A stretch of 64,000 nucleotides of DNA from Andalucia godoyi And28 (taxonomy: Eukaryota > Protista > Jakobida). The notes under the pieces were generated by a model. That model was given only the letters and a program-made list of their open reading frames with translations. It did no database searches and was not told the origin of the DNA. The DNA is taken from assembly GCA_009859145.1 (NCBI GenBank), contig VRVR01000013.1:24786-88785 (forward strand), written 5' to 3'. The number at the start of each line of letters is the position of its first letter. Positions within the stretch are counted from its first letter, which is position 1. This document shows positions 40,151 through 50,071 of the stretch, piece by piece. A program made the position numbers and the translations under genes.

Positions 40151-42412
40151 TCATGTTGTTGACGATGGTAGTCGCAGAATAGCCGGTTCCTTGAGATCTG
40201 CGACATGCGGCGGCTGTATCATTCCGGGCACGAAGATCTCGGAATTCAACGTGTCGAGCCACGCCGGCTCCTTTTCCCACTCCACGACTGGTTGCGGAGA
40301 AACGGGGTCGGGCTGTTTCCAAAAGACAAAATTTCTCGGAAGCGGACTGCCTCCGATCAGCATCGACTGAAACGCACAGAGCACGTGGCAGCATGGTAGG
40401 CTCGTGTTTGACGGCAACTGACAAGAACAGGCAATGTCTCGCTCAGAAACGTCAATGTACGGAAGCGTTTGGCTGTCGGTAAAGCTTACCGGAATGTAGA
40501 CAGAATGTGCACGATCTCCAAAAGCCCCAAACATACCGGGGCGCGGCCTGACAGCAAAAGACAGTAAAATCGTGCGCTCGGACACACGCTTCTCTTCCAG
40601 CTTTTCCGCCACATAGTAGGTTCCTTCGATTTCCTCGATGGCAATTTTCGCCAAGGCATGCTGGGAAAGTCCTTGGTCAAGCACGCTGAGGACGGAATAC
40701 GGGGCCTCCCGCTGGCCGCTCGTTCGGAACAGAGAACTCCTGTTCCGAACGGTGATGGAGTGTGCGACTTCACTGTGGGTGGGGTTGCGGACTTGATCGT
40801 TGCGCAAGAGAACCCGGAACAAATGCGAAACTCGCGAAGCACGTGCGACCTGCGCTTTCTTTGCAATGCAGAATGCCTCCATAAGAGGATAAGAATCTGC
40901 TTCCGCAACAAACTGGTCCGCGTAGAAACAGGGAACCCAGCGATACATCATTTCCCGAAAGCTGCTCAGCATGTCCCGTAGTGAAGACACCATTTCCAAG
41001 GGTCTGTCTTGCACGCGAGAAATCAAATTCTGCCCGAACTCCATCCACATAGTCTCAAACTGCACTTGGTCCTCTGCATTCCGTCGCAGGCGGTCGAAAT
41101 CGCCCAAAATCAACTCAATATCCTTGGCATCAAACAAGGATTTCAAACGCTTTTGGAGTGCCCGCTTGACGTGGCACACATTTGTGCCGAGACGAACAGC
41201 AGGCCACGTTGAAGAGACGGCGTTTTGAAAGGAAAAGTCGCCGTCGGAAAACAGAACCTGCGGGGTGCCGCCGAGCAAAGAGACGAATGTCTGCAGCAAC
41301 CAGACATAGGATTCGACTGTCTCTTCGCTGAAGACAGCATATGCAACCGGAACAGTCTGGTTCTCCGCATTCACAGAGCAGATGAACACAAGCCGCATTC
41401 CTCGGAAGCTGATGTTGCAAGACGGCTCAATCAATATGATGTACCTTCCAAAGGCGCTGAATCTCAGACGCCCATTCGATGTCACCCACATTAATCTTTC
41501 GACTTCATTTGCAGAGGAAGCCGAGAACGAGAATCCAAATTGGTCGTCTCGTTTCTTTTCAAGCAAGCACATTCGGACCAGCACAGTCATCTTTCCGCTT
41601 TCTTCCACCAATCCAGCACCGAGCACGGATGACAGCGTTGCAGAGGAGGAGGAAGAAGAAGATGATGATGATGATGACGATGAGGAGGAAGAGGAGGCAC
41701 CGGAGGACAGCAATGTCGCCGCCACCACGGACGAACCAATGGCCGAGCCCACCGAAATCGGTCCAGAAGCAGACGGAACGGGACCTGGCGCACCAGAATC
41801 CTGATCATCGTCTTGAGCGGAAACTGGAAGACAAGTTGAAATATCTTGCCGAACCATACCCGCTGACGACCGCTCCTCGTTCAAAGCAGGAACCACGGGG
41901 ACCGACGGTGCAAGATCCATGGATTGCATCGACACGGACTCGGCGTGCACGGAAACAGGAGTCGGAGTGGGAATGGGAGTGAGAGAGTGTGTGGAGCTCG
42001 CGGATCGCCGCTGCTGTTTGCGCCTTCTCTGTGCCAAGGCATCTGCATCTGCACCACTTGCCTCTGGATCCGGGGTATGTCCAACGTGCTCCAGATGGCT
42101 ACTCTTCAAGAGGAACTGACCCGTTGCAGGATTTCCCACGAAATACACAAACCACTTGCATCCACACCGAGCTGTTTCACGGTGTCTTTTCCGCAGCTCT
42201 TCTGGAATGTCCCGCGTGTGGCCGCTTGCAGAACACACGAACCGGATGGACTGCACCTCCCGCCCATCGCTTGTTTTCCAGTCAAATCCGGAAGTCCGTT
42301 CACGACATATGCACTGTCCACATCGAACTCCAAACCCGTTTCGGTGCGCAAACGAAAGAACTGTCTCTACCAAACTTCGGTAGTTTGGAAACACGGTCGG
42401 AATCGTTTCCAT
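40151..42412 (-). CDS. FAR1/FHY3-like MULE-transposase-derived protein (FAR1-type Zn DNA-binding domain, MULE domain, SWIM)
   Basis: GFGVR...FVCSASG...ARCGCKW...HxxH; VPVAYAVFSEETVESYVWLLQTF...LFSDGD; SWIM CSCQLPSNTSLPCCHVL. Confidence 0.85.
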   Translation of the reverse strand: METIPTVFPNYRSLVETVLSFAHRNGFGVRCGQCICRERTSGFDWKTSDGREVQSIRFVCSASGHTRDIPEELRKRHRETARCGCKWFVYFVGNPATGQFLLKSSHLEHVGHTPDPEASGADADALAQRRRKQQRRSASSTHSLTPIPTPTPVSVHAESVSMQSMDLAPSVPVVPALNEERSSAGMVRQDISTCLPVSAQDDDQDSGAPGPVPSASGPISVGSAIGSSVVAATLLSSGASSSSSSSSSSSSSSSSSSATLSSVLGAGLVEESGKMTVLVRMCLLEKKRDDQFGFSFSASSANEVERLMWVTSNGRLRFSAFGRYIILIEPSCNISFRGMRLVFICSVNAENQTVPVAYAVFSEETVESYVWLLQTFVSLLGGTPQVLFSDGDFSFQNAVSSTWPAVRLGTNVCHVKRALQKRLKSLFDAKDIELILGDFDRLRRNAEDQVQFETMWMEFGQNLISRVQDRPLEMVSSLRDMLSSFREMMYRWVPCFYADQFVAEADSYPLMEAFCIAKKAQVARASRVSHLFRVLLRNDQVRNPTHSEVAHSITVRNRSSLFRTSGQREAPYSVLSVLDQGLSQHALAKIAIEEIEGTYYVAEKLEEKRVSERTILLSFAVRPRPGMFGAFGDRAHSVYIPVSFTDSQTLPYIDVSERDIACSCQLPSNTSLPCCHVLCAFQSMLIGGSPLPRNFVFWKQPDPVSPQPVVEWEKEPAWLDTLNSEIFVPGMIQPPHVADLKEPAILRLPSSTT

Positions 42413-42415
<3 letters not shown>

Positions 42416-42455
<40 letters not shown>
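42416..42455. repeat. (GA)n microsatellite directly upstream of the FAR1-like ATG
   Basis: Direct reading. Confidence 0.9.
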
Positions 42456-42461
<6 letters not shown>

Positions 42462-42926
42462 GAAAGAAGAACGAGAACGAGAACGAGAAAAAGAAGAGAT
42501 TGCTGGTGTTAATGATTGTACAGCTCAAAGGAAGCAAGATAAGACTGAAAGACAAAAAATTAAAATTGGACATTGCACGTTAAGGAAACACGAAATGGAA
42601 ACCAAGGAGTAAGCGAGTTGTCGATCGCGTCGTAATTGGTGATCGGTGAGAGTCGGAGTTAAGCGAAATGGCGGGAACGATCGAAATCGAGGAAATTCCA
42701 AACAGACACTTGAGGCACTCAAAGCCTCCAGTCGAAACTTCAAAATTGAAAACCCTTTTCTTTCTTCTCCATTTGCTTCCGATTGCTTGTCGATTGCTTG
42801 TCGATTGTTCTTTGTTATTATTTTATTGAGTTGGATTCAGGTGGAAAGAAGAAGAAGGAAGAGGCCTTGCGCAAACGGTTTTGTAGAAGAAGGACTGGCA
42901 GGTTCTGAATCAGCTATAGAAATAAT

Positions 42927-43532
42927 ATGTCGTTTTTTGCAAATGCAAAGAAGGCGACTGCTGCGCCGGTAGGGTCTACCACCACATCGACAGCCACGAC
43001 GACGACAACAACGATGACAGCGGGTGGAGGAGCAGAGTCTGTATTTTCAGTTCAGAAAGGAGGAGGTAAACCAGTGTCGTCTGGGAAGAGGGTGTCTCCT
43101 GCGCTGATTCGGGTGCAAAAGGATCTGGTCGACCTCAAAACAGAAACTCCGTCATACAAGGTTACGTTCCCCAGCAAGGACGATCTGCTGCATTTCAACG
43201 TGGTGTTTCGCCCGGTTGATGGATTCTATTGTGGGGGCGCGTTTTCATTCACGGTTGCGGTTCCGGAGACATATCCACATGATCCGCCAAAGGTACACTG
43301 CGTCACCACTCCGATTTTCCATCCGAATATCGATACGGAGGGAAACGTGTGCCTTAATATTCTGAGAGCCGAGTGGAAACCAGTCTTGTCTCTGCAGCAT
43401 GTCTTGTTTGGTTTAGAATTGCTTTTTGCGGAACCGAACCCGGACGATCCACTGAACAAGGAAGCTGCAGAACTGCTTCGGAAAGACAAGAACGCATTTG
43501 CCAGACAAGTTCAAAGAACGCTAAGATCGTAA
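42927..43532 (+). CDS. UBC12: NEDD8-conjugating enzyme UBC12/UBE2M
   Basis: RVQKDL, FHPNIDTEGNVCLNILRAEWKPVL and PNPDDPLNKEAAE. Confidence 0.93.
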   Translation: MSFFANAKKATAAPVGSTTTSTATTTTTTMTAGGGAESVFSVQKGGGKPVSSGKRVSPALIRVQKDLVDLKTETPSYKVTFPSKDDLLHFNVVFRPVDGFYCGGAFSFTVAVPETYPHDPPKVHCVTTPIFHPNIDTEGNVCLNILRAEWKPVLSLQHVLFGLELLFAEPNPDDPLNKEAAELLRKDKNAFARQVQRTLRS

Positions 43533-43734
43533 AAAATCAATAATTATCAGAAGCAAAGTAATGATTAGAAGTAGTGATAGTGGTATTAAAAGTTCAAAAC
43601 AACACAAGTACAGCTCCATTGTCCGAGCCAATCATTGCTGTTTATTACTATTCTATACAGCATACACATCAGAACCACGACATGATTCTTGGAAGGAGTC
43701 TCAAAACACAGTCGGAGAGACCCAAAGAGCGACC

Positions 43735-46410
43735 TTAGTCACCGTCCCTTCCGCGACCTCCTCTACCTCGACGGCGCTTTGAAGGAGGGCGGCGACTGTC
43801 TCTGCCCCGACGACCGCCACCTCGTCGGCGGCGCCGAGGGCCACCTCTACCTCGTCCGCGTCCTCCTTCTGCAGCTTCCGAGCCGTGGTTATCAGAACCG
43901 TCCTCAGACCCATTGTCCTCGTCGTCGTCATTGCCGTCGTCGTCATCATCATCGTCATTGACATTGTCTTCTTCTTCTGGACCGCCGCGCTTTCGTGTTA
44001 CAAATCCAGACTTGAGGTTTCCAACAACACGGCCACTGGCGGCATTGCTACTGGAATGCCGGCTGTCTTCTGCATGTCGCGGAGCCGCGGGAGCTCGAGG
44101 ATTCTCTGCATATCGTCGAGTGTCAGATTCACGGTCCCTCTCCCTCACACTTTCCTTTTCCATTTCGCGAACTCGCTCCCGTTCTCTCTCCCGATCTCGC
44201 TCACGTTCTTTTTCCTTTAACACCACTCGCTCACTTTCCTTTTCCTTTTCCTTTTCCTTTTCCTTTTCCTTTTCCTTTTCACGATCACGGTCTCTTTCAG
44301 AAACAAGATCTCGTTCTCTCCGAGAATCTAGCTCTCTCTCTCTCTCTCGCTCTCTCGGACGCTCACGGTCCCATTCACGGTCTCGATTTCGATCCCGCTC
44401 TCTTTCTATTTCACGATCCCTGTCACGATCGTCACGTCGCCCCGAACGCCCATCTCTGCCATCACGATCAACACGAGCCACTCGGTCGTCCAAACCACGG
44501 TCACGGTCACGGTCACGGTCACGACCATGGTCTCGTTCTTGGCCATAGTCTCGACGATCACGATCTTGCCAATCACGCTCTCGGTCGCTGCCCCGAGGGG
44601 GCTCTTGAAAATTATTCGAACGATAACTGTCGTCTTCTGGAAAACGTCCTTTGCGCGTATGTTCATCCCGGTGGTCCCTAGAGCGATTGAAGTCGCGATC
44701 TCTGTCTCGACCTCTTCCATATCTGTCATCTCGCTCGGTGCCTACACGCGAATGCTGACGGTCGTCGTGCCCCCGTCTCTCATCCATACTATCAGCGGAG
44801 CGATCACTACCACGAACAAACGAAACGGACGCACTTCGGCCACCGCGCTCATACGCATCAGTACCGCCCCCATGCTGACCTCGAGTGTATGAGGACAGTT
44901 CTCGGCCGCGACCACGATCGCGATCGCGATCGCGGGCGCCCATACCGGATACTTCCCGTTTCGAAGCCCTATCCGCACCACGAAGGTGGCGCTGCTCTAC
45001 AATTCGTACTTCCGTCACGCAGTCATCAAACTGATCATCGCGATCCCGTTCACGCTCCCATTTCGGACGATAGTTCCCTTCTTCAACAGCAAGCTCGTCC
45101 GCCATTCTGTCGAACTCATGTCTTGACATTGCGCTGATCTCGTGTGCAGCAATATCAATGGATGACTCTGTCAAGACAGGCTCGTCGACGGGCTCCGATA
45201 AAACTGGCATGCTGGATTGATACTGCATTTGCTGCTGCTGCCCGTCACGTCGATAGTAGCTCCTAGAGTGGTACTGTCCACCGCCCTGGTATTGATCGCT
45301 TTGCTGCTGCTGCTGCTGCTGCTGTTGATGTTGCTGCTGCTGCTGCTGTTGTTGCTGTGATGGCTGACTGTACCCAAACTGACCAACTGAACTTTGCGCA
45401 CTCGACACCGGATGAGATGATGGCGCTGGTTGCGACGCAATGCTTCCTTGCTGCTGACCTGATCTTTGATCCAAGAACTGCTGAATGCTCTCCCGCAGTA
45501 CGTAATCGGGGACAACATCGTCCACGGACCTCTGCAGAGTCTGGCACAACGGACATGCCATTCCGTTTTGAGTCAATCCAGATTGAATACAGTCGTCACA
45601 TGCGACAGATTCGCAGCACTTCATGCGAACAGCTAGATTTGCGATCCGGCCACACACCTTGCACTTGAATTCTTCAGGAATCACAACACTGCTGTCGTAC
45701 ATTCCGGCGCCCTTTCCAGCTGCACCAAGAGGGATGTTTCGAAACTGCTGCTTGATCCTGGCAAACCCGCCTCCAACGAGCGGTGCCGACGCATCGTCGG
45801 TCTTTTCGCGGACCACTTCCAGGAACCGCGATGGGATTCCCGTCATTTCACGAGCTCGATCTGCGTGCTGGTCCCGGGCACCCCCAGCCCCTCCAAACGC
45901 ATTCTGTGGTCTAGCAGTTCTCAAACCACGCCGATACTCATCGGTCTCCTTGTTGATCAGTCTCCGCATTGACTCTTCCTCAGAAAGCCCAGCCAGGTTT
46001 GAAAATCCACCCGATGAGATTCCTGCCGCAGCATCTGCGCCACCCATCCCAGATCCGTACTCCCCCGCTCCATCGCCTCCATAAAAAGACGACGCCCCAC
46101 CACCCGATGCAGCAGCAGCAACAGCAGCAGAAGCTGTGGCACTCGCTGTAGGAAGCTCGACCTTCTTACCAGTGATTTTAGGATCCACGCGCTTCACAAG
46201 AACAGCCGTCGACTTTAAAATGAGCTCTCGGTCATCTGCATACTTGTGCCCTGTCTGTGCATTCGTAATCTCCAGATCGAAATCGGCTCCCGAGTCAAGT
46301 CCCATAGCAAGCGCAATCCGGATCTTCAAATCGCGGAGAGCAATAGACGGCCCATCGATGTTCAATTCCTGAGAATGGTCATGAGAAACCGCCTTGAATG
46401 TGATACTCAT
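43735..46410 (-). CDS. RBBP6/Mpe1-like protein (DWNN domain, RING, long RD/RE-rich tail)
   Basis: DWNN: MSITFK...DLEITNAQT...Y.DD..LI.KST.VLVKR. TGIP motif. RING: CKVC...CC...CDDC...CPLC. ATG at 46410. Confidence 0.85.
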   Translation of the reverse strand: MSITFKAVSHDHSQELNIDGPSIALRDLKIRIALAMGLDSGADFDLEITNAQTGHKYADDRELILKSTAVLVKRVDPKITGKKVELPTASATASAAVAAAASGGGASSFYGGDGAGEYGSGMGGADAAAGISSGGFSNLAGLSEEESMRRLINKETDEYRRGLRTARPQNAFGGAGGARDQHADRAREMTGIPSRFLEVVREKTDDASAPLVGGGFARIKQQFRNIPLGAAGKGAGMYDSSVVIPEEFKCKVCGRIANLAVRMKCCESVACDDCIQSGLTQNGMACPLCQTLQRSVDDVVPDYVLRESIQQFLDQRSGQQQGSIASQPAPSSHPVSSAQSSVGQFGYSQPSQQQQQQQQQHQQQQQQQQQSDQYQGGGQYHSRSYYRRDGQQQQMQYQSSMPVLSEPVDEPVLTESSIDIAAHEISAMSRHEFDRMADELAVEEGNYRPKWERERDRDDQFDDCVTEVRIVEQRHLRGADRASKREVSGMGARDRDRDRGRGRELSSYTRGQHGGGTDAYERGGRSASVSFVRGSDRSADSMDERRGHDDRQHSRVGTERDDRYGRGRDRDRDFNRSRDHRDEHTRKGRFPEDDSYRSNNFQEPPRGSDRERDWQDRDRRDYGQERDHGRDRDRDRDRGLDDRVARVDRDGRDGRSGRRDDRDRDREIERERDRNRDREWDRERPRERERERELDSRRERDLVSERDRDREKEKEKEKEKEKEKESERVVLKEKERERDRERERERVREMEKESVRERDRESDTRRYAENPRAPAAPRHAEDSRHSSSNAASGRVVGNLKSGFVTRKRGGPEEEDNVNDDDDDDDGNDDDEDNGSEDGSDNHGSEAAEGGRGRGRGGPRRRRRGGGRRGRDSRRPPSKRRRGRGGRGRDGD

Positions 46411-46707
46411 GCTTTTCTCTACCCCAAATTGAAAATAAGAACAGCAATAACAAAAACAATAACAACAAAACAGAAAAAGGAGAAGTAAAGGAAAACAAGA
46501 CTGAAAAGACGCCAATGACGACAGCGCGTTTTGAATTTGACGACGGAAAATCGGTCGTGCACTACAGTACCGTACTCTCTCGAGCTCCCTTGGGCGGGTC
46601 GTCTTTGTTTTCTTTCGTCGATTCACTGAGACTGCGCAGCCACAAGGTTGAACGGATCGCAGTCGAGCGAGCGGAAGACTGACAGCGGAAAAAGAAAAAC
46701 AGCAGCC

Positions 46708-47625
46708 ATGCCTCCAAAGTCGCAAGTTCGCCACATTGTGAGAACAGAAGAACACGTCCTTATTTCGGAACTTCCGGAGCAGAGGGCTTCTTCAATTCCG
46801 TTTCCAGCGACGATCACTGATGAAGCCATTGTGGCTGATTCGCTTCCTCCAACGCAGTCCGCACTTGAGAGAATCCGGGCTTCTGAAATGGAGAATGCGG
46901 TTCTTGAGGTGTTCACACATAAAACAGAGTCGCTGAGTGAGCGGATCAAGCGAATCCATCGAGAAATTCACGAAATCACAGAATTTGTCGAGTCGGACAA
47001 GCATGATCAGAGCATTGCGGACGAAGTTAGAGCGGTTGCTGGCTCGTTTTCAGAGCTCATGGACCGACTTTTGAAAGGCAGACCTCGGGGAATGAAATCC
47101 AGCGTCTCCGGCAGTAGTAGCAATCCACAACCACGTGCGCAGATTGCGGGTTTGGAAGCACGACTTGCCAAGATGGAGCAAATGGTAGGATCGGGATCTT
47201 CAGCGCATGAATCGCTGTCAGCCTCTGTTTCTCGGATGCACAAAATATACCTGCTGATGGCGGAGTCGAGAAGGCTCGAGACCCATTTGGCGAAGATGAG
47301 AGAAGTCGCGACGCTTGCTTCGCAGTCCAGCGCCACTAAGGACGGTGCACAACTGCTCAAAGCAATGGAAACTCTGAGAAAGATTGAGGGCGCTGCTGTT
47401 GCTGTTCCTGATATTCTGGAGCGGCTGCGGTCGCTGGATTCGGTACACAAGGAAATGGGGGGACTCGTGGATCGCGTTAGGATTTTGGAGGAAGAAGAGC
47501 GCGACTTGCGATCATGCATCGACATTGGTGGCGATCAGGTGAAGACGCTACTGCACAGACTGGAGGAGGTTAGTATCAACGTCCAGGGTCATCTCAAACG
47601 CATTGAAGCGCTCAAAACCGCCTGA
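46708..47625 (+). CDS. Coiled-coil protein, dynamitin (DCTN2)-like
   Basis: ES..ERIKRIHREIHEI and AGLEARLAKMEQMVG...LERLRSLDSVH resemble dynamitin segments. Confidence 0.55.
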   Translation: MPPKSQVRHIVRTEEHVLISELPEQRASSIPFPATITDEAIVADSLPPTQSALERIRASEMENAVLEVFTHKTESLSERIKRIHREIHEITEFVESDKHDQSIADEVRAVAGSFSELMDRLLKGRPRGMKSSVSGSSSNPQPRAQIAGLEARLAKMEQMVGSGSSAHESLSASVSRMHKIYLLMAESRRLETHLAKMREVATLASQSSATKDGAQLLKAMETLRKIEGAAVAVPDILERLRSLDSVHKEMGGLVDRVRILEEEERDLRSCIDIGGDQVKTLLHRLEEVSINVQGHLKRIEALKTA

Positions 47626-48110
47626 TGAGCTTGTCCTTTTCTAATTCATTTGCTGGTTGTGCTGCATTGTTGGGGAGAGAGAGGGGCAGGGGGGAGTTGG
47701 AGTCTGTCTTGCGTTGTGTAGATTTACCATTTTGTGTTTTATGAAATAAATTAAAAGAAAAGGAAATGCATCGCAGCAGTCAAGCCAGTCTCGCCCGGAC
47801 CGCAAGGGTTCTTCAAAAAGAACTCTTTGAAGAGCAGGAGCACTGGACTGGTCAGAAGCAGCATGCTGCTGCTGCACCATCTCAGGACCTCGACGGTGCT
47901 CTCGCGAGCCATATACTCGGCGTCTCCGTTCGCATTTTATCGCTCCACCTGCGAGTTACGCTGACGCGTCCTCTCGTAAACAGGTATCTCCCTTCAATTA
48001 AACCTGCGTCCTGCTGCCATCGGGTATGAACGCGCATCCCCAGTTATTGCCGTAGAGAAACATTTTCGCTGGCTGCCTTTTTTTTGGTTTGATTTGATAC
48101 CAGCAAGAAC

Positions 48111-48714
48111 GTCTGCATTATACACTGAACATGTGTATCTACGAATAGACGTGCATACTCAATCTTGCATTCCGCTGCCGGGAAGGGGATAGGCCCCAAC
48201 ACGCCTCACGGCGCTCTTCAGATAGATGCTCCGCGCTCCGTTCCCAATCTCGATCAATGTGCGAGCCACTTTCTCAGCGTGACACGTTGTTCCTGAGAAG
48301 GGTGCATTTTTGATTCTGACGGCCCTAGCAGCAGGCGCTTTCGTGTCCTCAGTTGCAGCACTGGAGATACGAGAGGAAGAGGCGGTAGGCGCAGTGACAC
48401 GTGATCTCTTAGGAGGTCTGCGGGACCTAGGAGGCCCTGTATCGAGCGGCGTAGGCGTAGGCGTAGGCGAATGCGTCATCCCAGCGCGCCCACGCCCATA
48501 TTTGAATAAACGTGAAACCAACGAATGATAGAATAGATGGCTACGGATGCTGCGTTAAAGAGTGTCGAAAATGCGGAGCCTGTGCCCCCGGCTGAATTTT
48601 GGCCGAGCGTGCGTAAGCACGGATTCCTGTGAAACAAACGTGCTGGTGTCGGCCAGTATTGACCCGTGTCTGTTTATGGATACTTCCTTCCGTATATGCA
48701 TGACAATGACGTGT
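48111..48714 (+). repeat. Dispersed element family B, copy B2 (253-bp central segment)
   Basis: Aligns with 9339-9769 at both ends. Confidence 0.9.
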
Positions 48715-48843
48715 CATTCATTATTCAGTGGTCTGTCGGGACGATGATTGGTCTGCAGGCAGTGTTATTTTTCTATACATACATTTATGTGTGATTTACA
48801 TTATCAAAGTGACTTATTTGGAATAATCAGAGGCAGAAAAAAG

Positions 48844-49176
48844 ATGGCAGTGACGAAGCCAGCGCATGTGAGGAAGTTCAAGTCTCTCCAGGAGTTTTAT
48901 CCCTTCTACATTGGCGAGCACTCGAAGCCGCTGACGAAGCTGTTCCATTTCATTGGAACGTTTCTGGTGATTTGCATCTTTTTGTTCTCGATGTGGACAG
49001 AGAATCTCGGATATTTGATCTACATGCCCGTTGCGGGATACTCGTTTGCGTGGGCATCGCATTTCTTCATTGAGCAGAACAAGCCCGCCACTTTCAAGTA
49101 TCCAACCTATTCCCTTGCCTCGGATTTCATCATGTTCTACGAACTCCTCGTAGGAAAGCGGAAATTCGGATTCTGA
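48844..49176 (+). CDS. DUF962/Mpo1-like small membrane protein
   Basis: FKSLQEFYPFYIGEHS...LFHFIGT...GYSFAWASHFFIEQNKPATFKYP.YSLASDF. Confidence 0.88.
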   Translation: MAVTKPAHVRKFKSLQEFYPFYIGEHSKPLTKLFHFIGTFLVICIFLFSMWTENLGYLIYMPVAGYSFAWASHFFIEQNKPATFKYPTYSLASDFIMFYELLVGKRKFGF

Positions 49177-49444
49177 TCTCGGACTCGGATTCCTATTTAT
49201 CAAAGTAAACCATTGGCAGCAACAAAAGCAACAACAACAAACAGGTCCAGCCGGAAGCCTTCGTTGCAGCGGGTGGGACTGTGGCAGGAGTGAAGACGTT
49301 CGAGTGACCGAGTAACCAACCGATGCAAGAAAACATATACACAAAGCGCAAAAGAGAGGAGAGAAGAGGAAATCATGAAAAATGGAGACAGAGGAAAGAG
49401 AGGGAGGGAGGCAGCCTCGCGCGATACGGAGCGATGGCCTCAGT

Positions 49445-49714
49445 TTACTTATGCGATACCTTCTTCAGTACTTCGTACCAAACAGTGGCGATCCCGCAGT
49501 TCTTCCGGAGATAGGAAGCAGAGTCGGCGTATTCGATTTGGATTACGCGGTGCAGATTATGTACTCCGTTGATCTCTGTTTCGAGTAATTTGTTCAGATT
49601 GTCCTGCAATGACTGCTTTGCATTAATTGACAATGGATCTGCGCAGTCTCGAACTTGCAGATATCGAACATGGACTGCACTACCATCCACAAAAGGCACA
49701 TTTGTATCCGCCAT
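49445..49714 (-). CDS. Hypothetical small protein (89 aa)
   Basis: ATG-initiated ORF with globular composition, filling the gap between neighbouring genes; no family recognised. Confidence 0.45.
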   Translation of the reverse strand: MADTNVPFVDGSAVHVRYLQVRDCADPLSINAKQSLQDNLNKLLETEINGVHNLHRVIQIEYADSASYLRKNCGIATVWYEVLKKVSHK

Positions 49715-50071
49715 CCGCACAATGATCACTCCCAACACCTCCGTTCTCTATTCTATTCTATTCTATCCTGAGCCTGTCCTGTTTCTATGATCTCTTCTTT
49801 CCCCTCATTGTTGTTGCCGTCTGGCGTCGTCCATCCAAATTGAGATGTTTTCTCCAACCTCGTTTCACACCGTCAATTGATGCTATATCCTCTTCTCTTC
49901 TTTCTCCTCTTTTCTTTTGCTGCCTTATTGTGCAGTTACGCACGTCCCACTTTTGTTGGTGGGTGCTTCTCTCGGAGTTGTTTTCGGCGAGCGTCGCGGA
50001 TCGGAATTTGTGCTTTAGGAAGTCGCTGGCCCACCCGAAAAAAGAAAAAGAAAAAGAAAAAGAAAAAGAAA

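Noticed and set aside
48159-48479. Minus-strand 106-aa ORF through family B copy 2 (MTHSPTPTPTP...IEIGNGARSIYLKSAVRR), vaguely like H2A or a CENP-A tail
   Set aside because: The similarity is limited to scattered residues and there is no complete histone fold. The equivalent frame in copy B1 has a stop and no ATG, and the substitutions do not favour this frame.
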